Positions 50,960 to 63,419 of a stretch of 64,000 nt of DNA are shown here, piece after piece; within the stretch, counting starts at the first letter, position 1; each line of letters begins with the position of its first letter. Location of the stretch: contig NC_045697.1 in assembly GCF_009834535.1 (NCBI RefSeq), positions 105,402,001 through 105,466,000 on the forward strand, given 5' to 3'. A model generated the notes under the pieces. That model was not told the DNA's origin and ran no database searches. It worked only from the letters and a program-made list of their open reading frames with translations. The DNA is from Camelus ferus (taxonomy: Eukaryota). The translations under genes were made by a program, and so were the position numbers.

Positions 50960-51216
50960 CAGGTTTAAACTGCCAGATTTGATATGGACAACAAAAGATA
51001 ACAAGACAGAAAACTGTGAATTTCAGGCAAATAATGGTGTTTTAATATAAGGATGTCCCCAGATATGTAATTTTTATACAGTTAATTTAATATCTATATA
51101 ATAGATAAAATTTAATTTAATACCTATATAATATTTGGGGGCATTCATACTAAAAGTCTGTTCATTATCTGGAATTCAAATTTAACTGAGCTTCCTGTAT
51201 TTTATCTGACTACCTG
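50960..51216. mobile_element. MER53-like palindromic hAT MITE
   Basis: Left arm 'tgccagattt...tgaatttcaggcaaataa...ataaggatgtcccca'; right arm 'tgggggcattcatactaaaa...tatctggaattcaaatttaactgagcttcctgtattttatctgactacctg'. Confidence 0.75.
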
Positions 51217-51429
51217 ACTCAGGGCTTGAGAACTGTTTCCTGGTTTCCAGACTCATTAGTTTAAACACAGGTAATAGCATTGGGTAACTGCTTTCATCTT
51301 GAGTTCTCTTCAGCAAATTTCTGCTAAGGACTCCTCTTTTCTCTTTTCATTTTTCAGTGCTTCCAGCAGAGCCTTTTTGTCACTGCCATGGAGAAAGTTT
51401 TGCCTTTAGGCTATTGCCCTGTCTTCTGA

Positions 51430-51860
51430 AATGGTGTTATTGACATGTAATTCACATATCATAAAATTCACCCCTTAAAAGTACACAATTTAGTAGATGC
51501 ACAGAGATGTGCAACTGTCACCACAATCTAATTTTAGATTGTTTCCATCACCTCAGAAAGACACCTCATACCTTTAAGTGGTCACTCCCTATTGGACACC
51601 TACTTCCAGTCCTAGACAATCACTAATCTACTTTCTGTCTCTCTGGATTTGGACATGTTATTTAAATGAGATCATATAATACGTGGTCTTTTGTGACTGG
51701 CTTCCTTCCCTTAGCGAAATGTTTTCAAAGTTCACCCCTGTTGTAGCATGTATCGTACTTCATTCCTTTTTATTGCCAAGTATTATTCCATTGTGTGGGT
51801 ATATCACATTTTGTTTATTCATTCATCAGGTGATGGACATTTGGATTATTACCACTGTAT
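51430..51860 (-). mobile_element. L1MB-like 3' end
   Basis: 'taattcacatatcataaaattcacccctttaaa'-type head and 'gtggtcttttgtgactggcttccttcccttagc...gttgtagcatgtatc'. Confidence 0.85.
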
Positions 51861-53164
51861 TCTGCAAGAATAGCATTCTAAAAACTGATTTTTGTCAATT
51901 TTTGGCTTATTGTCTATGGTCAAGTTTTAGGAAAAAAGCAGGGAAAATGCTCTGCTTGTTTTAATAGTGTAGGATTTTACTTTGTTTTTGACATTTCAGT
52001 GGATTCCTTGATGCATCCTGTTATTTTCTAATCTTTTCTTTCACGTGGGGATTAAGTTAATACAAGAGGGATACTGGATGTCGTGAGAAGCAATGGCAGC
52101 TTTTGTCAGGCTGTGCACTCTGAGATGCCTCAGAAACTTTAAATTTGAGAACCCATAGGGCAACAAGTCTGTCCAATGTGATATTTTCCACGACTACAAA
52201 GAATATTAAGGCTGACTGGCACAAATGTGTGAAATTGTGGTGTGAGGCTGGAGTTTTTATGTTATGTATTGTTTTTATGTAATATATTCTGATCTGATCT
52301 ATGGATGACTATATTCAGGATGGTCAATCAAAACATAAAACAAAATGAAAATAAAGTAAAATATAAAACCCAAACATATGGAGGCTGTAAGAATGTCTGA
52401 GTCTTCACAGACACAGAGATGTCATTTTACAAGCACATAATTTCTTAGAGAAGGTGAAGACCTGAAAGTCAACATTGATCATTGCACTCTCTGCAAGAAT
52501 GTTCATTATGCCATGGGGAGTCACATGGTTATGTTTACATTAAATAATGTAATAATGGAAGATTTGTAAAATTAAATATAAACTTGCTGTGCTTATGTCA
52601 CTAATATGTGGCTCCCTTCCTTCCTTCCTTTTTTCTTTCCTTCCTTTCATAATGATTTCCCCCAAATCACTTGAGTAGAACGAATTTAGTTGGAAATTGC
52701 TTAAAGGAACCATAGTACTTGTCACATTGTTACATAAATACTGGTGAATACAAGGTAGTTGATTTTCAAACCCAGGTTTTGTGATGACCTGGGAAATAAA
52801 TAATTATTTCAAGGGCGGTGAGCATATCTCAAAATAAGATGAATATATATTCACTTGAATTTTTAAAAGTATGTGTCTTATTTATTATTTCAAAACAACA
52901 AGATGTGAAACAAAGATTGGTAGGATGTCAACCCTTTATAAAGCTTGAATGATGTCTTAATCTATTAGAGGTTATGCATTAAACGATCTGAAGCACACTT
53001 CTTTTTACACATGCATCTTGATCATACCTATCTTTATTAATATTCTTAAAGTTGGTGCTCAGAGACTTAACATCCAAGAAGCATAATAGATTACTATGGT
53101 CCACTAAACTGAGTGACTTCCAATCAGGACCTACTACATATCCATTGTCTGGAATTCTATACGT

Positions 53165-53315
53165 TACCATTTTAGTGACTCGAAGATTCCATCAATTATG
53201 TACCACCAAGAAAGAAGAAACGGGCTAACTAATTGCAATAAATTGTAAGATGTATCCTGATTTCAGAAATGTAACAAGGAGGAAATTTATCCATTCTAGA
53301 ATTGATGGAAAGTAG
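53165..53315. mobile_element. MER104-like TcMar MITE
   Basis: 'tatgtaccaccaagaaagaagaaacg...attgtaagatgtatcctgatttcagaaatgt...tctagaattgatggaa'. Confidence 0.6.
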
Positions 53316-55441
53316 CAGTCCTATGGGGAAGTATACAAATACACTTAAAAGGCAACTGCACACCAAAATATATAAGGCAGTGGTCAATTTCATTTGGTTA
53401 GAAATTAAATAAGCACTTAAAATATGTTTAGCTCTGGGCTCAATAATTGGGTTGGAACCATTTAATTATCTAGAAGTTTCTGTTTGGTAACCATCTTCCA
53501 TACGCACCACATTACATCAGCTGGAATAGGTAGAGTAGGTGAAATGTGGGTAAAGTTTTCTGGGAAAGTCTTTATCCTTGCTTATTTATCCTTATTGTCT
53601 TCCTGATGCCAGGAAATCTCCTGTAAGTATTTTCTTCCTTTGGCCATATGCCCTTTGAAGATGTCGCTATTTCTGGAAGGATGCATTGAGTATTTTAATC
53701 ATTAACTCTGCAGTATGAAATCATTTGATCACTGATTACGTTTTCCCAGTGGGATAGCACACTCTCATGACTGACGAGGAATCAGAGCTTGAGAGCTGAT
53801 GTAACTTGCCAAGACGTCACAGCACGTAGCCGGGTTAACTGGGCTCTCATCTCTGTTCTGTTTATTGCATTTGACTGCCCTTCACGAACACCTCAAATAC
53901 ACAGAAACCAAGTCTTCAATACAGCTGAGATTTTGAAAGTTAAGAGGATAAAGAGACAAGTGAGGTATCGTCTGAAAGAATCAACCCTGAGGACAGAACT
54001 GGGAGGAGGGGAAGTTGGCTTGAGCAGTGAGAAGGCAAAGGTTTCTGAAGAGGAAAGTGGAAAGATGCCAGAAATAAACCTGCCAGTTCACAATTTTCTC
54101 CCATGCTTGTTATCAAAATTACTGATTCTGAGAACTGAGCTTGTCTGCTGCTCACATTTGTTAGGTTTATTTCAATTCAGTGTTTTAGTGTGGTTCCTCA
54201 GGAAGGCTTTGGGACTCACTTGGGAACCCTGGCAAAAATTTTATCTTGAACCTAGAGCTGAAATCATTTAGTTTTTAACCCAATATTGAATGCAGTTTTT
54301 TTCTGACCAGAATTTGAGACTTTGGGGGTTCCTTTTATTCACTTCTTCTACAATTAGGATGGGAAAACAGTTGGGAAACTCCACTAAGTACCAGCTTGGA
54401 AGCATCTGAAGACACCCACACCCATATTTGTGTGGCTAAATCTTAATGGAGGTTCATAAAACTTATGTAAAGATAAGAAATATTAATATCATTTTTTCTT
54501 GACACAGATAATATTTATTGTCTCTTTGTCCCTTAATAACATTGGAGAGTAAGCCATAAGGAACACAAAGATGAGATAGCATTATTTGTGCAGTAAATCC
54601 TTGATATACATAAATGATATTGCTTCAAACCCTCAGGCTTGATCATCAGATTAAACTAACCAGAGTTCCTGGCTGGAAGATGTAAGTGGAAAATAACAGG
54701 GCTGTGTTGAAAGGTATGCATTCACTCATTCCACAAATATTTATAGAGTGCCTACTGCATATCATGGTATATGCACTTTTCAAGGAGATGGATATACAGC
54801 AGTGCAAGAACCGGAGAAATCTTCTGTCTTTATTCTAGTGGAGGGGTGGACACGGGTAGTGAGGACAGTGAAGTCCTTGTGGGCTTGCATGGATAAAACA
54901 TCTTCACGTGTGCTCTTCCCTTTGCTTCAAAAACTTCTCACCCAGACTTTCACTAATTCCTACTTACCCCCCCCTTTTTTTTTTCCTCCAGTTAGACAGC
55001 TCTTCCTCTAAAGGCGTTCCCTGATCCCCCTGGTTCAATACACCTGCCCTTCCCATAAATGCTCATAAAATCTGCATTATTCATTTTGTAGCTCTTACGC
55101 TACATTGTTCTCTGTATGTTTTCTCCCACAAATGATAAACTCGGAGACAATAACAGCTCTGAATTTTTTTGTTCCCTCAGCAACTTGCACTGTGTTTGGC
55201 CGGGGATAGGAACTATTATTTTCTTGGTGAATAAACGATTTAATGAAAGGTCTCGTTCTTCCACACTGGTCACTTACAGACTTACAGATCATTCCAAATC
55301 ATATTTCCTCAGGATTAGATGGTTGTTTGGGAAGAATCCACCAAGGATGTGAGATCCCCATTTAGCAAAAGTCAAATGCCCTGAGTTCACAGTCAACATT
55401 TCTTTGTGGTGGGGTGTCTGACAAAGATTTTAAAATGTTTT

Positions 55442-55443
<2 letters not shown>

Positions 55444-55473
<30 letters not shown>
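55444..55473. repeat. (TG)15 microsatellite
   Basis: Read directly. Confidence 0.97.
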
Positions 55474-55478
<5 letters not shown>

Positions 55479-55614
55479 TTGAAAATGTTAACTTTGACTT
55501 GTCGCATCTTACTATACGAAATTCCAAAGTATCTTTCAGATCTCAGCACCTGCAAATACATAGTACAAGAGCATCATGCAATGACATGGCACAAAAGCTT
55601 CGATATGGAAGATA

Positions 55615-55835
55615 ATAATCATGGTGATAGTGACATACACTTACTCAGTTTCACCATGCGCTAGGCGATGTTATAAGCACTTCATACATACTTGCTTATT
55701 TCATATACCCACATCCCTGTGAGGAAGCTGAGGCTTCCATGGAGGTTCAATAACTTGACTACATAATGAGTAAACCGTGAAAAAGGCTGTAAACTGCAAA
55801 GCTCGGCTCTGGAGTTCACGTTCTACATTCTACTC
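55615..55835 (-). mobile_element. MIR SINE
   Basis: 'cacttactcagtttcaccatgcgctaggcgatgttataagcacttc...gaggaagctgaggct...gaggttcaataacttg'. Confidence 0.7.
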
Positions 55836-56659
55836 CTCCAATTTGGAAAAAAAAAATCTATTGATCTGAAAACAAATGCAAAACAAAACAAAATAAAAAG
55901 GATAAAACAGCTAAAGGAATACCACTTGCATCGGACCAAGCCATTCTCTTGACTCATTAAAAACTGATATATTAAAAACTACCACTGATGCCTATTTTTT
56001 TTTTTTTTTTTTTTGTCAAGGGAATTACTTGCTTATTAGACAGATGGAAGGGTTCAGTTGAGGGGAAAGCGCTAAAGTATGCAGCCCACGCAAGAGAAAG
56101 GGCAAGCTTGGTGTACAGTGATATGCCAAAAATACTTGCAAAAATATGTCAGAAAAATAGCAGGCGGGTGAGTAGCCCCCCGAAGTCCACATGACAGGGG
56201 CCGGCATGGGAAATAAGGGGAAGGTGATGGAAAGAAAGATGACAGGTGAACAAAACCCTTTTATCTTTTAAAAGATGTCTTGTGCAATGAAATAGAAGAG
56301 ATGACTCACCATGCTGTCATTAGATAGAGCATTGTAAATCACTGATTATTGGTAGAGTAAAACATTTTAATGAGTTAACCAATTAATATCACATATTCTT
56401 GAGAAAAATAAGTTTTGATCACCTATTTGATAAACACTGTACAGCACCAGAGCAGATTTATGAATAACTTGAAAATGTTGAAGGTTTTTCCATATTCTAG
56501 GGCTAGATCAGGTCACGGGAAAAAGGAAGGGAAGTTTGTAAATGCACTTGGAGGACCTTAGAGACAAATATGTATGATGAATTAAAATTTGACATAGGCA
56601 ATATGATTTTTCAGATAAGGGTGAAAGATTTTTCTTGAGAAATTCTAGAACAGAATATA

Positions 56660-57260
56660 GACATTTCTTCTGCTATAGGACGATACATGCTTTTCTGAAA
56701 AACCTCATGTTTGGCAAAATCATCTCTAAAAAATAAAAAAGCTTAATGGAAAAGTCTAAATGGGGCAGGTCATTCCAAACCTGTACAACTTTATAATCAG
56801 CACATTATAAAAAACAATGGTTCTAATTACGAACAATAATTCAGTTCAAAGAACATGTAATTGTCTTTAAAAAAATAATGTACAGTACATTTTGGATTCC
56901 ACCTTTGGTGGGAAAAGGTAAATGTGGCTGGATAGAAGTGAATGTAAGAGAGGGCTGAAGCATCTGAATTATAAAAAGAAGGGAAGAGAGGGATGTTGCA
57001 GGTTGAGGAATAATTTCAGAGTTGGCACAAAATGCAAAAAAGGAAGAAAACCTCCCACCAAGCACTTCCAAGACAGTGCTTGTTTCGTCGAGGATAGTAC
57101 TGTGTCTGTTCGCAGCTTGCTGCAGTGAGCTGTGTTGACTGTATTGTGTTCAGCTGCTTTTACTTAATGACATAAAACATTAAGGGGTTGGAAAAATTCA
57201 TGTATAAGCCAAAGTGACTTTTGTGTATAAGCTGCGATATTATAGATTATCTATTGATTG
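56660..57260. mobile_element. Ancient Tigger-like DNA transposon remnant
   Basis: 'ctgctataggacgatacatgcttttctgaaaaacctcatgtttggcaaaatc' at the left and 'ttgtgtataagctgcgatattatag' at the right resemble old Tigger ends. Confidence 0.4.
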
Positions 57261-57280
57261 TAATTTAATTCTTCATCTCT

Positions 57281-57393
57281 CCACCCATCCATCCATCCAT
57301 CCATCCACTGACCAGTCCACACATCCAACTATCCAGGTATCTATCTATCCAACTATTTATCTATCCATCTGTTCACCTATTCACCTGCCTACC
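57281..57393. repeat. Degenerate (CCAT)n/(CTAT)n simple repeat
   Basis: Read directly. Confidence 0.9.
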
Positions 57394-59412
57394 TAGTTAG
57401 CATGAGGGACTGAAGATGTTTTTAAAATGAGTCTTTCCTTCTCAGTACCCAGAAAACTGTGACCCTTCCTCTCACCGCGAGCAACTTAGAAAACTCCCAT
57501 TTGGATTGGCTCCTGCTTGAAGCTGTTCCTCATGTCTGTGACTCTTTGCCTCTATTGTTGAACTTGAAAGTCAGAAACCATGTCAATATTTTTTGGATTC
57601 TAATATATTTAAAATCGATATCTTTTGATTCAAAACTTAAAACATCTCTAAATGCTCCTGTTTACAATAAATAAGTCCCTAAATTTTTTTTAAAAAACCC
57701 TTAAGAATATGGAAAAGCTGAAATGTATATTTATCCTATGAAATTAAGGTAAACACAGGCAACTTTCTCCTTTGTACTGAACTAAATTGCTGTTAATGCT
57801 TTTTCAGGTCTATTTTTGTACTGAATGACTGGGTTATATGATTTTTTATTGCATGCTGCTTCCTTTGCATGGGTAAAAATCATTTTGAGTGAAGAATTAC
57901 TTCTCTCAATATAGGTTAATTATTTCTGAGGAGGTGGCAGGTGAAAAAAAATGACAAGAATATTATTGCTTGTGTTTAGCTTTTAGTGTATTTCACGTGA
58001 GGCTGAAATAATTAGAATGAAAAGAATGCTCTTTTTATTTAACAAATTAGTGGAACAGGCATCCAGAAGTTGCACTGCAAAAGTTCACCTGAAGCTGCTT
58101 AAACCTTCTTCCGTAAATCAACTGAGCTGGTTCAGTAATTTCATAGCCAGTAAGATAATAATGTCTTCCTGTGCCTCACTTTTATTTTCTGCATTCACGT
58201 TACATGTACACCCACATCTGATATACAACTTTACTTATAAGTTTATATGAAAGATGCAACATAATTTTATTCTAAATATGAACTTGACAATATGGATTCA
58301 AATTTGATTCACTGATGTGCAACCTTGCGTGTGATATCTGAAACCAGAAATTGTCAAATGCTATATCAAAAAGGTAAATTAGCATTTGCTCAGCGCAACC
58401 TGACATGACAGATGGGTAGGAGGAGGGCTGTTATCTCTGAGAAGAGACTAAATATATTATAATTTGGATGTATACACAAACTGGATAAAGCTTTTCACAA
58501 AAGAATTTTCTATGCGAAAGCTACTTTCCACCCTCAGTCAAGCCCCCTCCATCACTAGCTTCTTTCTGTGCTTCTGTGAACTGCTTTGCAAAGCATCCAT
58601 GCATGAAAGTTTCTTTATAGAATTTGTGTTTGTCGAGCACATACTAATTTCAAGATTCTGTAGAATACGTTGGTAGGACTACATATTGGTAGCAGTCATA
58701 ATAAGAATTATCATACTGATGATTGCTAATTCTCCTTGAGCACTTCTGTGCCAGGAAGCATTCTAAGGGCTTTACACGCATTCTGATTTTCACACACAGA
58801 TACACACGGAGACACACAGATGCACATAGCGCACAGTCAGTGAACAATACGTGACAAGTGAGTGATGTGGGCATTAATTGTCTTTGCCAAACAGAAGTGG
58901 CTTAAGACCCAAAGGGTCACATGGAGAAGGGGGACTGAGCTAGTGCATTCTGGAGGCAGGAACAGAATTTTATTAGGAAAGAAGTACTGGCAGAGAAGGT
59001 GGGGTTAATGGCAAGAGTAAGGCTCTAGAGTGCAAAGCTGAGGGGTTTGGATTGGATACCATGTAAGTCGTGGAGATTCACTGGAGATTTCGGATAAGGG
59101 GAATGATTTGTAACTAATAATTTTGCAAGATTTATAGGATGAGAGTGTAAGTTGGATTGAAGGGAGGAAAAACAGAGCTAGACTAATGAGGAGACTGTGT
59201 TCATCTAGGAACTGACATAAGGTGGTGATGAAAGGGAAGGAACCTCATTGGCTCTCAGAGGCAAGGAGAGAGGAAGGAATGATGACTCTGACCTTCTTGG
59301 TCTAGATTACTGTCAGGATGAGGCAGGTGATGGTTCAAGTTCTAGGGATGTTAGATGGAGGTAGCAGTGAGATGTCTATGCATAGAGGGTTGTAGAGCAT
59401 AATCAGAAATTT

Positions 59413-60050
59413 ATAGACTTGCTATATGATCCAGCAATCCCACTCCTGGGCATATATCTGGAGGGAACTCTGATTCGAAAAGATACATGCACCCCAATGT
59501 TCACAGCAGCACTATTTACAATAGCCAATATGTGTAATCAACCTAAATGTCCAACAACAGATGACTGGATAAAGAAGTTGTGGAATATATATACAATGGG
59601 ATACTAATCAGTGATAAAAAGAATAAAATAATGCCATTTGCAGCAACATGGATGGACCTGGAGATCATCATTCTAAATGAAATAATTCAGACAGACCATA
59701 TGATATAACTCATATGTGGAATCTAAAAAAACAGAAAAAAGAGGACACTAATGAATTTATCTACAAAAGAAACAGACTCACAGACATAGTAAACAAACCT
59801 ATGGTTACCAGGGAAAGGGGGTGAGAAGGGTTAAATATGAGAGTTTGAGATTTGCAAATGTTAATCACTATATATAACAATAGATAAAAAACAAATTTAT
59901 TCTGTATAGCACAGTGAACTATATTCAATATTTTGTAATAACGTTTAATGAAAAAGAATATGAAAACAAACATATGTATGTATATGCATGACTAGGACAT
60001 TGTGCTGTGCACCAGAAATGGACACATTGTAACTGAGTATACTTCAATTA
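59413..60050 (+). mobile_element. Young L1 3' end (ORF2 C-terminus plus 3'UTR) inserted in L2
   Basis: ORF 59419..59607 'YDPAIPLLGIY...TCTPMFTAALFTIA...QPKCP...WIKKLW' matches the L1 ORF2 C-terminus. Possible TSD agaaatttat / aaaaatctat. Confidence 0.95.
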
Positions 60051-60999
60051 AAAAATCTATGCTAGGTTTGGGGCGGTCATTAACCTAGGATTGCGAGCTA
60101 CATTGGACAGATGAACAAATTCTGTTTTCAAGAGCTAGAAAGTGAGAAGTGTGGAAAGCTAAGGAGAAAACCCGACTGATGGTAGAGGTAGAAGAAAAAC
60201 CAAAGAGACAATAGGATAAGGAATGGTCAGAGAGGGAGGATTGAAACAAAGACAGCTCAGGCTATGGGAAGGCAGGGGAGGAGAGAGGTTCAAGAAGGAA
60301 GGTGTCTTCATTAAGAGCTGGTGTTGCTTCACATGCACAGAGAAAAGGGGTTGAGTAAGGATGAGTGAATTTTAACTGTTTGATATCTGAGAATACAGCT
60401 TTAGTGTACCAGGAGAATTAAGAGTTTATTTTAGACTGTACATTATTACTGAACACAAGTTACTTTTTGTTGTCAGTTACCTGAATTCTGATAATTTCCA
60501 AGTAGGCTAGGTTGCCTAGAAAAAATATCATGTATGTCTTCAGGTTTTCAGCAGCGATACAGGCAACAGATAAAAGAGCAGGACAGGGTTCTCTTGGGGA
60601 TTCTTTTTATTCTCAAATTAGAGAAACAAAATAAAGCAAGAGGCTGAGACTTATTTACTCATCTGCTTAAATCTATTCTTCCTAAGGGAGCCAGAGAGTA
60701 TATGGAGATTGGTGCTAAACCGCACATTTAGTTTTTGAGAAAAGTCTTCCTGTTCAAGAGGCCGTTGGCTTTTGCTTATGTTCTTGAAAGTTTTTAAAAG
60801 GAAATAGGGCTTGTTTATGACTCTTGGGAGGCTGATAAATTTAAAAGCATAAATTTTTTTCCTAAATACTAATAATTACACTCAAAAGGGGTTAAAATTC
60901 AAGTGCCAGCATGACCCAGAAAAAAAAAAACCCAACAAAAAAGAATCCCCTTAGCAGATAGAGGTTTCATTGCTGTGATGTTGGTAATGAAATTATGGA

Positions 61000-61190
61000 C
61001 CTGTCCAACACAGTATTAGAGTGGCCAAATGTGGCTATTTACATTTAAATTAATTATATTTAATTTATGTTAAAATTAAATACAATTGAAAGTTCAGTGC
61101 CTGTCACACTAGCCACATTTCAAGTGTTCAGGGGTCAATGCAAACAAAGAACACTTCCATCCCCACAGCAAGTTCTATCAGACAGCACTG
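61000..61190 (-). mobile_element. MER3/MER33-like hAT MITE
   Basis: 'ctgtccaacacagt...atgtggctatttacatttaaattaatt...gtcacactagccacatttcaagtgttca...agttctatcagacagcactg'. Confidence 0.8.
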
Positions 61191-61989
61191 GGAGAGGATA
61201 CGAAACCACCCCAAAGCATAGCCTGGCATCACACCCAGACGTGGACAGCTGTCTATAGATGACACATTTTTTAAAGGATACAATAATATTTCAAGGCTGC
61301 TTTTGTGTTTGTTAAATGTTGTTACAATGGGGCTGAGTTGCCACACAGTCTTGGGCTACACTTTCTCCTATAGGGCAAATAGTACTACAAGCTGTTTTCC
61401 AAATAACTAGGAATGGGAGTGAGGGGTAGAAGAACTAGAAAAAGCAGATGGGAAGGGGGAAGTTTAGAGCATTAATTTGTTGGGATAGGAAGCATATTGC
61501 CACGTCTGTGTTTGTTCCTCTGGCCGAATTTTCTTCCTGTCACATGCCTGGTCCCTTCCCATTCATTATACCATTACACCCCTGAGCCACTCTATAAAAT
61601 GGGTTGAAGCTAAGTCTGTGCCTAGAGGAGCCCTGGACGTGGCCCAGCCCATTTTGCAGAGCAGCTCGGGAGCTCAGTTGTGTTATGAATGGGGAGCAAC
61701 CAGGTACGTGACAGGAAGAAGTGGGGATTGAAGATGTAAGAACAGGGGCAACACTCATTTTAAAGCAGAGGTTTTCTGTTGGGTAGCAAAGGGTGGGAAG
61801 CCCAGAGTGGGAGAGGATTGTGACACAAAGCATCTGTAAATTCTGCACGCCTCAGCTATCCAAGATGGTAGAGTATACAGATACAGGTACTTAGCAAGTT
61901 ACAAATCACAACATAAATAGCATTTCCTGAAGAGGAGTCTATACAGTTGGGAGCACGAAGAATGGACATTTCGTTAAGTCATCATATCA

Positions 61990-62559
61990 CATGCACCTCA
62001 GTGTTCACAGCAGCTCTATTTACAACAGACAAGACATGGAAGCAACCTCAATGTCCATCGACAGATGACTGGATAAAGATGTGGTGTATGTGTGTACAAT
62101 GGAACGCTACTCAACCAAAAAAAAGAATGAAATAATGCCATTTGCAGCAACATGGATGGACCTGGAGATCATTATTCTAAATGAAATAATTCAGACAGAC
62201 CATATGATATCACTCATATGTGGAATCTAAAAAAAATGACACAAATGAATTTATTTACAAAACAGAAACAGACTTACAGACATAGATAACAAACTTACAG
62301 TTACCAGAGGAGGAAGGGGTGGAGGAAGAGATAAATTGGGAGTTTGAGATTTGCAGATACTAACTACCATATATGAAGTAGGTAAACAACAAGTTTGTAC
62401 CGTATAGCACAGGGAACTATATTCAATATCTCATAGTAACTTACAGTGAAAAAGAATATGAAAAGGAATATATGTATTTATATGTAGGACTGAAACATTA
62501 TGCTGTGCACCAGAAACTGACACAACATTGTAAACCAACTATACTCAATTTAAAAAAAA
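61990..62559 (+). mobile_element. Young L1 3' end with TSD
   Basis: ORF 'CTSVFTAALFT...WKQPQCPSTDDWIK'; poly-A. TSD aagtcatcatatca (61976-61989) / aagtcatcgtatca (62560-62573). Confidence 0.95.
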
Positions 62560-62589
62560 AAGTCATCGTATCAGATTTAAAAATGCACT

Positions 62590-63070
62590 TTCTCATAATA
62601 GCTTTCTTGAAAGCTGAACCTGAAATGGGGCATTAGGATAGGTGGTTTATTTGAGAGGTGATCTCAGGAAGCTGGAGAGAGGGAGTGCGGAGCACCAGAT
62701 GGGGAAGAGGAAGACGATATGCGGGTACATTATTGCAGTCCCTCCTGTAAGCAAAGGGTCCCTATTCTGCTGCAACCTCCCACAATTCTCCTGGAGGACT
62801 GTGTGCTGTGCGCCACTGGCTGAGGGTTGTTTCAGGGGTCTTAACTGCCTGACATTCCTGGTCTGCCCTTTCAGCTGGCCCCGCAGCGTTCCCAGGACCT
62901 GGGACAGAATGCGGAACGATCAGCGGCACACTCTGGGGATGGGATGATGTCAGCGCATTGTGGGTCTGAGACATGCAAATCTGTCCACCTATCTGTGGCT
63001 GAAACCGGAGGGAGGCCCAGGGCACGTGACACAGAGCGCACAGGCGTGGGCTCCAACTGCTGTTCACTCA
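62590..63070 (-). mobile_element. ERVL-class LTR (LTR16-like)
   Basis: 'ggtggtttatttgagaggtgatctcaggaagc...gagggagtgcggagc' antisense LTR16-type end. Confidence 0.6.
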
Positions 63071-63084
63071 GAAGAACCATCATG

Positions 63085-63235
63085 TGTTGAACGCTGTGCT
63101 AGAACTAAGCTGGGACATTTTCTCATTTAGTAATACAGCTACCCCCCACTACTCCCATGAAGTGGATGTTATATGTCTGCAATTCATAGAAGAAGATATG
63201 GAGGCTTCAGAAAGGTTAAATAACTTGCTCAAGAA
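63085..63235 (-). mobile_element. MIR SINE
   Basis: 'ggaggcttcagaaaggttaaataacttgctcaag'. Confidence 0.65.
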
Positions 63236-63419
63236 ACCAACTATATCAAATGCCTAAGATCAAAGGGATTACATAGGATTCTTCCCTTGGGGTTGTGACC
63301 TGAATCCCCAGCTCCCCTGCACTTCACCCTTCCTCCGTGGCTCTAAACTTTGCCCTCCATCTTCTTACTAGTTTTTGTCATTACCTCCTCCTCCCAGCAT
63401 TTTTTCCCCATTTACTTGT

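Noticed and set aside
53789..54271. Longest ORF in the track (160 aa)
   Set aside because: Non-ATG start inside MIR-like sequence, no recognisable domain; consistent with a chance ORF in mammalian DNA.
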